DNA of 64,000 nucleotides from Planktothrix sp. GU0601_MAG3 (GTDB lineage Bacteria; Cyanobacteriota; Cyanobacteriia; Cyanobacteriales; Microcoleaceae): NCBI GenBank assembly GCA_035193785.1, contig CP136572.1, positions 1,652,578 to 1,716,577 of the forward strand, read 5' to 3'. Shown piece by piece: positions 24,897 to 34,913 of this stretch (position 1 is its first letter; each line of letters starts with the position of its first letter). The notes under the pieces were generated by a model. It saw only the letters and a program-made list of their open reading frames with translations, ran no database searches and was not told where the DNA came from. The position numbers and the translations under genes were made by a program.

Positions 24897-26235
24897 ATGC
24901 AAGAAATCATAACAATTTGCGTCGGAGGAGCAGGTGTCCGTATAGGAGCAAAATTCTGGGAGCTATTATGTTTAGAGCATGGCATTGGCTCTGATGGGCG
25001 ACCTAACCCGGACTTTTCAGGTAATTCCGGCGACTTCTATAGAAAATTTTTTAATGAGATGGAGTCTGGCAAACTCGTTCCACGTAATATTTTTGTGGAT
25101 TCAGATCCCGCTTCTGTAGATGAGATACATACTGGACTTTATAAAGACTTATTTAATCCAGAATATTTCGTTTCTGGCAGGGAGGATGGGGGCTGTGGCA
25201 GTTTTGCTCGTGCCTATAATGTATGGAGAACTATCAGTGATGATGTCATAGACAGGATCGAACGCCTCACTGAAGAATGTGACAATTGTCAGGGTTTTCT
25301 CATCATACACTCCCTGGGGGGTGGAACCGGTAGTGGCTTGACTGCACAATTGATGGCAGCACTCAGTGCTAGGTATGGTAAGAGGACGAAACTACAGTTT
25401 GCGATTTTTCCGACCCCCAAACTCAGTACCTCAATCTTAGAACCCTACAACATGGTACTCTCGACTCACTACACGAATGACCATAGTGATTGTTGTTTCC
25501 CTATGGATAATGATGCTATCTACGACATCGCACAAAAGAACCTCGGCATCCCAAGTCCTTCCTATGAAGACCTCAACTGCCTGATAGCCCATGCAATTGC
25601 TGATGTGACTGCCTGCCTGAGATTTCCGCCAAACCTCGATATGGATCTCCAAAAGTTCTCAACCAACTTGATACCTTACCCTAAAATACATTTTCTAGTG
25701 ATCAGTCATGCTCCTATTGTCAGTCGAGAGAACGCCACTCACTCAGAAACTAGATACTCAAACAATCACAAATTATCTATTTGCCCCGGGAAATCAACTT
25801 GTCAAGTGCGATCTAAAGACTGAGAAATTTATATGCAGCTACCTGCTTTATCGCGGAGACGTTAGGTCTAAAAATGCAGAGGCTGCGATTAAACTTATCA
25901 AATCTAAGCTTATGCCTCAATTTGTTGATTGGCAGCCGGCGCAATTCAGGGTAGAGATTAGTAATCATCCTCAGGTATCTTTTCCCGATGATCTGATGGC
26001 TCCTGCTAAACGATCTGTCACGATGATGTTCAATACCACTGCTATAGTCAGTCTATTGACCGAGCTTGCTAATAAGTTTGACCTTATGTACAGAGAAAAG
26101 GATTTTCTCGATTTGTATATTGATGAAGGCATGGACGAGGACAAATTCAGCGAAGCTAGGGAAGGTTTAGCAGATTTAATCAGAAACTATGAGGAACTTC
26201 GGCAAGGTAACGATTTTAGCGATGATGAATATTGA
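24897..26235 (+). CDS. Alpha-tubulin-like protein (about 445 aa; one extra base near 25743 splits it into two ORFs)
   Basis: WELLCLEHGI, VPRNIFVD, HSLGGGTGSG, EPYN, DNDAIYDI, TNLIPYPKIHF, NQLVKCD, LLYRGDV, QFVDW, NTTAI, KFDLMY, EGMDEDKFSEARE and C-terminal DDEY are collinear with eukaryotic alpha-tubulin. Confidence 0.95.
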
Positions 26236-26364
26236 GGGATAGTGAAATCGCCTTCAAGAGATTGATTGTTGATGCGATCGCCTAAAAATCACGACTCACA
26301 GGAATAGCGATCGCTTTTTCTATCACTTCCGAATACCTAAAATTCTATGCTCTAATTCTGAATT

Positions 26365-26706
26365 TTAATCATCATCTTGCTCCTCGTCTGACTCGTCTAA
26401 TAACCCTAATCTCAATAGCTTTTTAGCAAGAGCATATACGTCTTGTTTACTACCATCCTTCCGAATTCCCAAAGCCACAATTATGATAGTGACTTGAGCT
26501 TGCTCGATCGCGTAAATGATCCGATATCTTTGTCCAACTGCACGCACACTGTAATAACCATCTAGTTCACCGAGTAATGGTTTCCCCTGCATTTCAGGAG
26601 ATTCTTTGAGCTTGTCAATGCGATCGCTAATTTTTTTACGGATACGGCGATCGCTGATTTCTTTTAATAGTTTAAAAGCCGTAGGCTGAATGACGATGCG
26701 ATACAT
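26365..26706 (-). CDS. RelE/ParE family type II toxin
   Basis: GKPLLGELDGYYSVRAVGQRYRIIY; overlaps the antitoxin stop. Confidence 0.9.
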   Translation of the reverse strand: MYRIVIQPTAFKLLKEISDRRIRKKISDRIDKLKESPEMQGKPLLGELDGYYSVRAVGQRYRIIYAIEQAQVTIIIVALGIRKDGSKQDVYALAKKLLRLGLLDESDEEQDDD

Positions 26707-26975
26707 TACAAGTCTAATTCTCGTTTAGCTGATTCCCAATCTATTCCTTGTGCTGATTTCGCCTCGGTAATACCTTGGCGCAAGTTAGCCATAAGGTTCG
26801 CATCCCCAAGTATTTCTATGGTTTCGAGTATTGCTTCGTAATGTTCCCAGGTCATCACAGCTAGGACGGGCTTGCCTCTACGGGTAATTGCCAGTGTACC
26901 GCCTTGCTCGGCAAGTTTTTCAGGCAATGAGGTTAACTCCTGTCTTGCTTCTGTAATCGGAATATTGGACAGCAT
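26706..26975 (-). CDS. Phd/YefM family antitoxin
   Basis: IPITEARQEL, ITRRGKPVLAVM, YEAILETIEIL; likely start ATG 26975. Confidence 0.9.
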   Translation of the reverse strand: MLSNIPITEARQELTSLPEKLAEQGGTLAITRRGKPVLAVMTWEHYEAILETIEILGDANLMANLRQGITEAKSAQGIDWESAKRELDL

Positions 26976-26989
26976 TATTTTCAAATCTA

Positions 26990-27012
26990 TCTGTACATCT
27001 AACTGTACATCT
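26990..27012. promoter_or_regulatory. Probable antitoxin operator: two TGTACA palindromes 12 bp apart
   Basis: TGTACA at 26992-26997 and 27004-27009, the same core and spacing known for yefM-yoeB operators. Confidence 0.75.
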
Positions 27013-27332
27013 AAATCAGGACTCACGCAAGTCCCGACAGATTAAAATCCGCGAAATTCGTGAAATCCTCTTAAATCCGCGATCCCTCCTGCCCTATTTT
27101 TTCAAAATTGGTAGAACAAAACACAGACGAGAATCTATACTAAGTGGAACAATGGTTCGACAAACCGGGCTTGCCCCAAATCGGATACAATTTAGCGACT
27201 TGTCAATATCCAAAGTAAACTGGTAAACAGTAATTGTCTATGGGCTATTTTCTTTTGATAGTTCAAAACTTAAAAAAATATTAATTTTCCCCTAAAAGAC
27301 TGTTTCAATCCCAATCTATGTATTAAACCCCT

Positions 27333-30300
27333 ATGAAATCTGCATCCCCGACCAATTCTATATCAGGAGAGTCAACGGTAGTTTCATCACAAGTAATTGA
27401 TGTAACCCCCGTTGAGGAGTCTACAGTTAATCGAAAGGGCATGGGCAAAGTGGGGGGTGAGACCCCTCTTGAAGAATCATCTTCCTCAACAAATGGGGGT
27501 TTAGTTCTCACAGGTGCAGGAGGCAGCAGTTTCTCCTCTATTCTGGCTCCTTTAACCAAAGACAATTTCGTTATTGTGGTTAAAGAAGTTGAGGACAAAC
27601 TAAAAACCGTTAATCAAACCCTATCGATGCTGAATAATCTGCTCGATGCCCAGGGGTTTGAGGAAATCCTCAATGAAATGTTGCGGTCGATTACTATTAA
27701 AATAGGGGAACTATTGAATGCCGATCGGACAACGATCTGGCTAGTGGATGAAGAAAAACACGAACTTTGGTCAATTGTCGCGGGCGGGCAAGATGGTAAA
27801 CCCCTAGAATTAAGAATCCCATCCACCGCCGGAATTGCTGGGGAAGTGGCGACGACTCGCAATGTGGTTAATATTCCCTACGATTTTTATAACGATCCGC
27901 GTTCGGCCGCCGCCAAGAAAATGGATCAGAAAAATGGCTATCGGACGTATACGATGGTCGTCATGCCTCTTTTAAATGATGAAGATGGCTTGGTGGCGGT
28001 GGTACAATTACTGAATAAATTAAAACTCAATTCTAACCCCCTAGATTCCTTAGATGAAAAAATAGACTTAGAGGGATTTACTACCGATGATGAAAAACTA
28101 TTTGAAGAATTTGTTCCTTCAATTCGCCTGATTTTAGAGTCCTCTCGTTCCTTCTATGCCGCCACGGTCAGACAACGGGCCGCCGCCGCTTTAATGAATG
28201 CGGTTAATGCCCTAAGTAAGAGTAGTTTAGACTTAGAGGAAACCCTAAAAAATGTTATGGATCAGGCAAAAGAATTAATGAATGCCGATCGCAGTACCCT
28301 CTGGTTATTAGATGAAGAAAAAGGCGAACTTTGGACGAAAATTCCGATTAATGAAAAACTCATAGAAATTCGGATTCCTCGAAACGCTGGATTTGCTGGA
28401 GTTGTTGCCCAAAGTGGTGAACCTTTATTAATTCCCTTTGATTTGTATAACGATCCCCGTTCCGAAACCTCTAAACAAACGGATCAAAAAACCAAATATC
28501 GGACGTGCAGTATGTTATGTACGCCCGTTTATAATGCCGATAATCAACTGATTGGGGTGACTCAATTAATTAATAAGAAAAAACAGGGAGAACATCCTCC
28601 GTATAATCCAGATAATTGGCCAGAAGCCCCGGAACAATGGAAAGCCAGCTTTAATAAGAATGATTTAGAATTCATGCAGGCTTTCAATATTCAAGCGGGG
28701 GTTGCCCTACAAAATGCCAAATTGTTCCAAAAAGTCAAAGAACAGGAACAACGGCAAAAAGATATTCTGCGATCGCTCAGTAATGGAGTGATTTCTACCG
28801 ACAAAGAAGGTCGCATGATTGCCACCAATGATTGTGCCATGGAACTCCTAGGAATCCGTGAGGAAGATGTTGTTAAAGGGCGTTCTGTCCGAGATTTAAT
28901 TCAGGTTAAAGATGGAGATTTTAGTAAATGGTTTGATGCCGCCTTAGCTCCCAAAGATGCCAAGGATCGGCAACAATATTACCCAGATCAAACCCTATTC
29001 TCGGGAACAAATGAATCCTCTCGAAGTGTGAATTTATCCATTAATTCCATGTCCGATATTAATAACCCCGGAAAAGTCAGTGGGGCGTTAGTGGTCATGG
29101 AAGATATTAGTGGCGAGAAGGAAGTTAAGAACTTAATGTATCGCTACATGACCCCAGAAGTCGCCGAACAACTATTAGCTAGTGGGGATACGGGGCTAGG
29201 TGGAAAACGCAAAAACGTGACGGTTTTATTTAGTGATATTCGCGGTTATACCACCCTCACCGAAAAACTACAGGCCGAAGAAGTGGTCACCATGCTCAAC
29301 TCCTATTTTGAGGAAATGGTAGACACCGTATTGGGCTATAAAGGAACCCTGGACAAATATATCGGAGATGCGTTAATGGCCGTGTTTGGGTCTCCCGCCC
29401 CCTTAGAGAATCATCCCTGGATGGCAATGCAGGCGGCCGTGGAAATGCGCTACCGTCTAGCTGAATATAATGAAGGTCGGGTCGCCCAGGGGTTAATGCC
29501 CATTGGCATTGGTATGGGTCTCCATTCCGACGAAGTGGTATCGGGAAATATTGGGTCAAGTAAACGGATGGAATTAACCTCAATTGGGGATGGGGTGAAC
29601 CTCGCCTCCCGTTTAGAAGGAGCTAGTAAACAATATGGCACGGATATCGTGATTAGCGAGAATACCTATATCCATTATGCCGAGAAGGTAATAGTTCGAG
29701 AACTCGATTTCATCACCGTTAAAGGCAAAAGCCAACCGGTGAGAATTTATGAACTCATAGGCATTCGGGAAGGGAAATTAGTCCGACCGATTTCTGAAAA
29801 ACAACAGGGGATTATCGACCACTATCATCTGGGACGGGAATATTACCTCAAACCTGCCACGGAAAAATTAACCGCAGAGGAAATAGTGCCGTTATTGGAA
29901 GAACTCGAAGAAGTTTCCGAAGTTCAAATGAAAAAACTCTCCTACGATGATAAGGATTTGTTAGGACAAATGTTATTAAGAAATTCTCTGGAGAAATTAA
30001 CCGAAATGTTAGACGAAAACATCATCAAGCGGTTAGCCATTGAAGAATTTAAACGGATGCCGATGGAAGAAGCCCTAGGCATTTTACCGGAGAAAGTCAA
30101 AGGATTTACTCCCCGGGAAACTAAAAAATTACTCATCGCCAAACTGAAACAGTTTACAACCGATGTCAATACCCAAAAAATGTTAGAAGACGAGGCCGCA
30201 GAAATGCCCCTGCCGAAACTTCGGAAAATGGTTGATTTAGCCAAACGCAAATTTGCAGCAAAAGCCAAAGAATCCTTGAGGACTGCCAAACGGGAATTTC

Positions 30301-30429
30301 TGGCGGTTTTGGATCTTGATCCGAAAAATAAGGCCGCTAAACTGCACGTTGATCGCTGTATTCTGTATGAAACCACCCAACCCCCTGATGAAACCTGGGA
30401 TGGTGTGTGGAAACCTGACAGAGAAGTAA
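27333..30429 (+). CDS. cyaB: GAF-GAF-PAS adenylate cyclase (CyaB1/CyaB2-like); terminal frameshift, true end probably WKLTEK* at 30429
   Basis: Tandem GAFs with NK..F..D motifs; FSDIRGYT, DKYIGDALM, GDGVNLASRLEG; C-terminal WDGVW. Confidence 0.88.
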
Positions 30430-30655
30430 ATAAAAAGCTGTCCTAGATAGGGAATAAAACTTTTAAACTCGGTTTTTTGATAAACTGGGTTTTAGATCAA
30501 TGTTAGGGATTGAAAAAATCGAACCCTGAAAGCATTTATTGGAACTGATCTGCCAAAAATCTCCCACATTAGACGAAGTGCAACCGGCGGAGAATAATGA
30601 CGGACTGTGTATTGATGTTCCACATTTATGAGTAAAAAATCCAAGAGTTTAAGAT

Positions 30656-31210
30656 ATGCCTAGAGTCAGTTCACAATTATCCGATCTTCATTGGGCCAAG
30701 CAAGTCCATGACTTCTTAATTGAAGTCGCCCGCGCTTCTTTGGCAGATAGTCCTAAATTACCTGATAGTGTTTCCACTCAAGCCTTACCTTTAGCCCAAA
30801 AAGCCCAGGATATTCAGCAAAGAGTCGCTACAACCGGTTGGCAATCTGAAAAAAGCCAATGGATTGAACAGGTACGTCAACTGTTGCTAGAATTGTCTCG
30901 GATTGCTTTAGGAGAACGTCCTAAACTCCCTGAAAATATTGCTCAACGGGCTTTAACCTTGGCAGAAACTGCCCAGGATATTTACTCAGACTCGGCCGAT
31001 GATGGAGAGGATGAGGATTCCGAGGAAACTAGGTCTGATACGGACAATTCCTCTCGGGACACTTCGGTTAATGATTTATTCACGCAATTAAAAGACCGTT
31101 TAACCGCAGAACAGCAAAGTGCTAATGGGACTGGAGATGCCCAATGGCAACAATTGTTAACCCTACTGGATATGGTTCACCAGACATATAATAGGATTCA
31201 AAAATCTTAA
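30656..31210 (+). CDS. Hypothetical helical protein with an internal duplication
   Basis: Two copies of W..QV...L.E..R..L...PKLP......AL.LA..AQDI. Confidence 0.7.
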   Translation: MPRVSSQLSDLHWAKQVHDFLIEVARASLADSPKLPDSVSTQALPLAQKAQDIQQRVATTGWQSEKSQWIEQVRQLLLELSRIALGERPKLPENIAQRALTLAETAQDIYSDSADDGEDEDSEETRSDTDNSSRDTSVNDLFTQLKDRLTAEQQSANGTGDAQWQQLLTLLDMVHQTYNRIQKS

Positions 31211-31298
31211 TCTATTCCGGTTTCGCCGTTTATTGTGTTCCCGACCCCCGGCTACGGATAAAATAGAAATTGATTTAATTCCCGTGTTTCCTGTAGCC

Positions 31299-33673
31299 AT
31301 GACTCAAACAATTGATTTCCTTAGCCATCTCAATATTTGCCAGCGTCAAGCGGTGGAACATTTTTGTGGCCCGATGCTGGTGGTGGCGGGAGCGGGTTTC
31401 GGGTAAAACACGGGCTTTAACCTATCGCATCGCTAATTTAATTCGCAGCCATCGGGTTCATCCTGAGAATATTTTGGCTGTGACTTTTACTAATAAAGCC
31501 GCCAAGGAAATCAAGGAGCGGGTAGAATTAATTTTTGCTCAACAACAAGCAGAACTCGTATTTGGAAAACCCTTATCTGCTTTAGCCGCCGATGAACAAA
31601 CTCGCCTGAAATCCAAGGTTTATCGCAGTATTAGCAAACATCTTTGGATGGGAACCTTCCATAGTTTGTGCGCTCGGATTTTGAGATATGATATTAATAA
31701 ATATCAAGACGAAAGTGGCAGAAAGTGGAATAAAAACTTCTCGATCTTTGATGAAGATGATGCTCAAAAATTAGTTAAGCATATCGTTCTCAAAGATATG
31801 AATTTAGACGATAAGAAATTTGAGCCTAAAAAAATTAGATATTCGATTAGTAATGCTAAAAACCTTGGGTTTTCGCCTCAACAATATGCTAGGGAAAACC
31901 CCGATTATTATGGGCGCGTCGTTTCCGAGGTTTATAGTTCCTATCAATCTCAATTAGCTTCAAATAATGCCTTGGATTTTGATGATTTAATTCGAGTAAC
32001 TGTAGATTTACTCAGTCAAAATGAACAAGTATTAGCCTATTGGCATCAAAAGTTTTGTCATATTCTAGTAGACGAATATCAAGATACTAACCGCACCCAA
32101 TATAACTTAATTCGGTTATTAGTTACCAATGGCGAAAACCCGAGAACCATTGAAAATTGGCAAAATCGTTCTGTTTTTGTGGTGGGAGACGTAGATCAAT
32201 CTATTTATTCCTTTCGGATGGCAGACTATAAAATATTATTAGAATTTCAACAGGATTTTGGCGATCGCTTACCCGATGACGATACCCGAACAATGATTAA
32301 ATTAGAGGAAAATTATCGCTCCCGGGAAAATATTTTACAAGTAGCAAATCATCTAATTCAAAAAAATACCGAACGGATTGATAAAATCCTCCGTCCCACC
32401 CGAGGAGAAGGGCTACCAATTTACTGTTATCACGCAGATGATGAAGTAGATGAAGCCAAATTCATTCTATCACAAATTCAAGGAATTAGCAAACAAAATC
32501 CCGAATTAGATTATGGGGCGTTTGCCATTTTATATCGAACCAACGCCCAATCCCGCGCCCTAGAAGATGTCTTATTAAGAAATAATATTCCCTATACCGT
32601 GGTCGGGGGATTAAGGTTCTATGACCGCAAAGAAATCAAGGATTCCATATCGTATTTACGAGTCATTGCTAACCCCGCCGATAGTGTTAGTTTGCTCAGA
32701 ATTATTAATGTTCCCCGTCGAGGCATTGGTAAAACTACTATTGACGGGTTAATGAATGCGTCTCAACAGTTAGGAATACCCCTTTGGGAAGTAATTAGTG
32801 ATGAGGATTCTGTTAACACCATAGCCGGACGTTCAGGCAAATCCGTGAATCAATTTGCCCAAACCATTAAAACTTGGCAAGAACGCCTAGAAGACCATTC
32901 CGCTCTGCAAATTTTAGAAGGAATTTTACTAGATGCAGGTTATATTCAAGACTTAAAAAATGAGGGTACAGATGAAGCCGAAAACCGCTTAGAAAATATT
33001 AAAGAATTGACTAATGCAGTCTCACAATTTCAAGAGGAATATGAGGATAATACCCTGGGCGGATTTTTAGCCAGTGCTTCCTTAGCTTCCGATTTAGATA
33101 ACTTAAAAGAAGGACAAAAAGCGGTTTCCCTATTAACCCTCCATGCGGCGAAAGGATTAGAATTTCCGATTGTATTTTTAGTGGGTTTAGAAACAGGGAC
33201 TTTTCCCTAATTATCGCAGTTTAAACGACCCGTTATCCATTGAAGAAGAACGACGTTTATGTTATGTGGGAATTACCCGCGCCCAAGAGCAATTATTCTT
33301 AACCCATGCTTGTCAACGGCGGTTATGGGGGACTTTAGAATCCTGTATTCCCTCGATGTTTTTACAAGAATTACCCGAAGGATTAATTCATGGTTATACT
33401 CCTCCGACTCAACCCAAAACAAGTAAAACCAAGGGAATTAAAAAAGAGTCAAAATCACCGACTGAGATTAAACAACCTGCCAAAAGTGACAAATTAGAAT
33501 CGGATGTTAAGGATTGGAAAGTCGGGGATAAAGTCTTTCATCGTACCTTTGGGATTGGAGAAGTTACCCACGTTTTTTCTAATAAAGATAAAATGTCTTT
33601 AGCGATTAAATTTGGTAGCCTTAGTCCTAAAATTCTTGATCCTAAAACTGTTCCTTTACAACGCTTTAAATAA
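31299..33673 (+). CDS. pcrA: ATP-dependent DNA helicase PcrA/UvrD (frameshifts near 31335, 31397 and 33205)
   Basis: ATG 31299; AGAG-SGKT, TFTNKAA, VDEYQD, GDVDQSIY, LEENYRS, LYRTNAQS, HAAKGLEF, EEERRLCYVGITRA; C-terminal Tudor-like domain. Confidence 0.95.
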
Positions 33674-33766
33674 CCCTGTTGTTGCGCTTGTTGTTGCGCT
33701 TCAGCGCAATCTATTGTTAAAGTACAATAACGCAGAAGATGTGCTAAAGCACAACAACGGGTGGTG

Positions 33767-34387
33767 TTAAAGCTCAACAATGAATTTAATTTTTTGATGA
33801 ACAACAGCTAAATTCCACATATAATCATCAATTTCATATTGGGTTGCAGCTTGATTAATATAGGTTTTAGCCAGTTCTATATTTTGTTCTGCTTCATAAT
33901 ATAATCCTAAATAAAGATGACTATAAAAATTCCCTTTTTTTCCTTGTTTTTGTCCGATTTTTAATAAATCTTCCGGGGTACAATTCCCGGCAAATAATTC
34001 ATAAACACTTTTTAACACTGGACGCGGATCATTTTTAACCGGAAGTAGGGTATTTTTTGCGACTTCAATTCCCTGAAATTGGGCAATACATAAATAACGC
34101 CAAACCGTTTCTTCAACGTCTTGGGAATTAACGGTTAAATCGATTTCAAATTGTTCCGCACCGAGTTGATATTGTTCGGTATAATAATAGGATAATCCCC
34201 GTTGCCACAGATAGGGTTTAATGCTAGGATCTAACTTTTCTGCCTGATCAAAGTCCTGGATAGATTCGGTAATTTTCCCTAATTTAAAATAAACCATTCC
34301 CCGTTGGATATATCCCCGAATATCATTGGGATGGGAATGGAAGTATTTAGTCCAGTAGTTGAGTTGTTGTTCTAAGGAAAGAGACAT
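33767..34387 (-). CDS. Tetratricopeptide-repeat protein (NlpI-like)
   Basis: YIQRGMVYFKLG, YLWQRGLSYYY, HLYLGLYYE. Confidence 0.8.
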   Translation of the reverse strand: MSLSLEQQLNYWTKYFHSHPNDIRGYIQRGMVYFKLGKITESIQDFDQAEKLDPSIKPYLWQRGLSYYYTEQYQLGAEQFEIDLTVNSQDVEETVWRYLCIAQFQGIEVAKNTLLPVKNDPRPVLKSVYELFAGNCTPEDLLKIGQKQGKKGNFYSHLYLGLYYEAEQNIELAKTYINQAATQYEIDDYMWNLAVVHQKIKFIVEL

Positions 34388-34459
34388 ATTTGATTAATAT
34401 TTTAGATGATCATAACCAAGAATAGAATATAATGATCAAGAATCCCGACGATCCATTTT

Positions 34460-34786
34460 TCAATCTTCCTCATTTCTGCGAATAGCTGCCTCAATTTCTT
34501 CTGAATGAGCATCAGCATAAGTCCAAGCATTGACTAAATCCTCTGCTTTCAAGTGAGGGAAATCTTGTAAAATTCGAGCATCAGAAGCACCATTACGACG
34601 ATAATTGAGCAATGACCAAACGGGTATACGAGTGTTGGAAATTCTAGCATCTCCACCGCATACCCCAGGAGTTTTTTCAATTCCTTGCCAAACATTACTT
34701 AAACTTTGAACGAGCAATTGAATCGCCTGTGCTTTTTCTGTTAGACTTAGTGCTAGAAGTTGAGGTTCTAAGTCTTTTAGGGTCAT
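34460..34786 (-). CDS. DUF433 domain protein (antitoxin-like)
   Basis: PGVCGGDARISNTRIPVW motif. Confidence 0.88.
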   Translation of the reverse strand: MTLKDLEPQLLALSLTEKAQAIQLLVQSLSNVWQGIEKTPGVCGGDARISNTRIPVWSLLNYRRNGASDARILQDFPHLKAEDLVNAWTYADAHSEEIEAAIRRNEED

Positions 34787-34879
34787 ATTACTGCCTCCTT
34801 TTTAATCATCAACAGCAATGTTTCTTTAATTATAAGGGTTAATAGTTGATTTATTCCCCATTCCCCATTCCCCATTCCC

Positions 34880-34907
34880 TTGCTATCCCAGAAAAATCTG
34901 TTATAAT
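34880..34907 (+). promoter_or_regulatory. Sigma70 promoter for the putative 6S RNA
   Basis: TTGCTA 34880-34885 and TGtTATAAT 34899-34907. Confidence 0.7.
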
Positions 34908-34913
34908 AAATCC

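Noticed and set aside
25735..25750. Programmed ribosomal frameshift or genuine two-gene split in the tubulin
   Set aside because: No slippery heptamer is visible, removing one base restores alignment to alpha-tubulin (H-Q-K-L vs H-E-Q-L), and similar extra bases occur throughout the window
24897..26235. Calling the tubulin-like gene ftsZ, tubZ or cetZ
   Set aside because: It has GGGTGSG rather than FtsZ GGGTGTG, tubulin-specific motifs along its whole length and the C-terminal H11/H12 region; it is not in a dcw cluster
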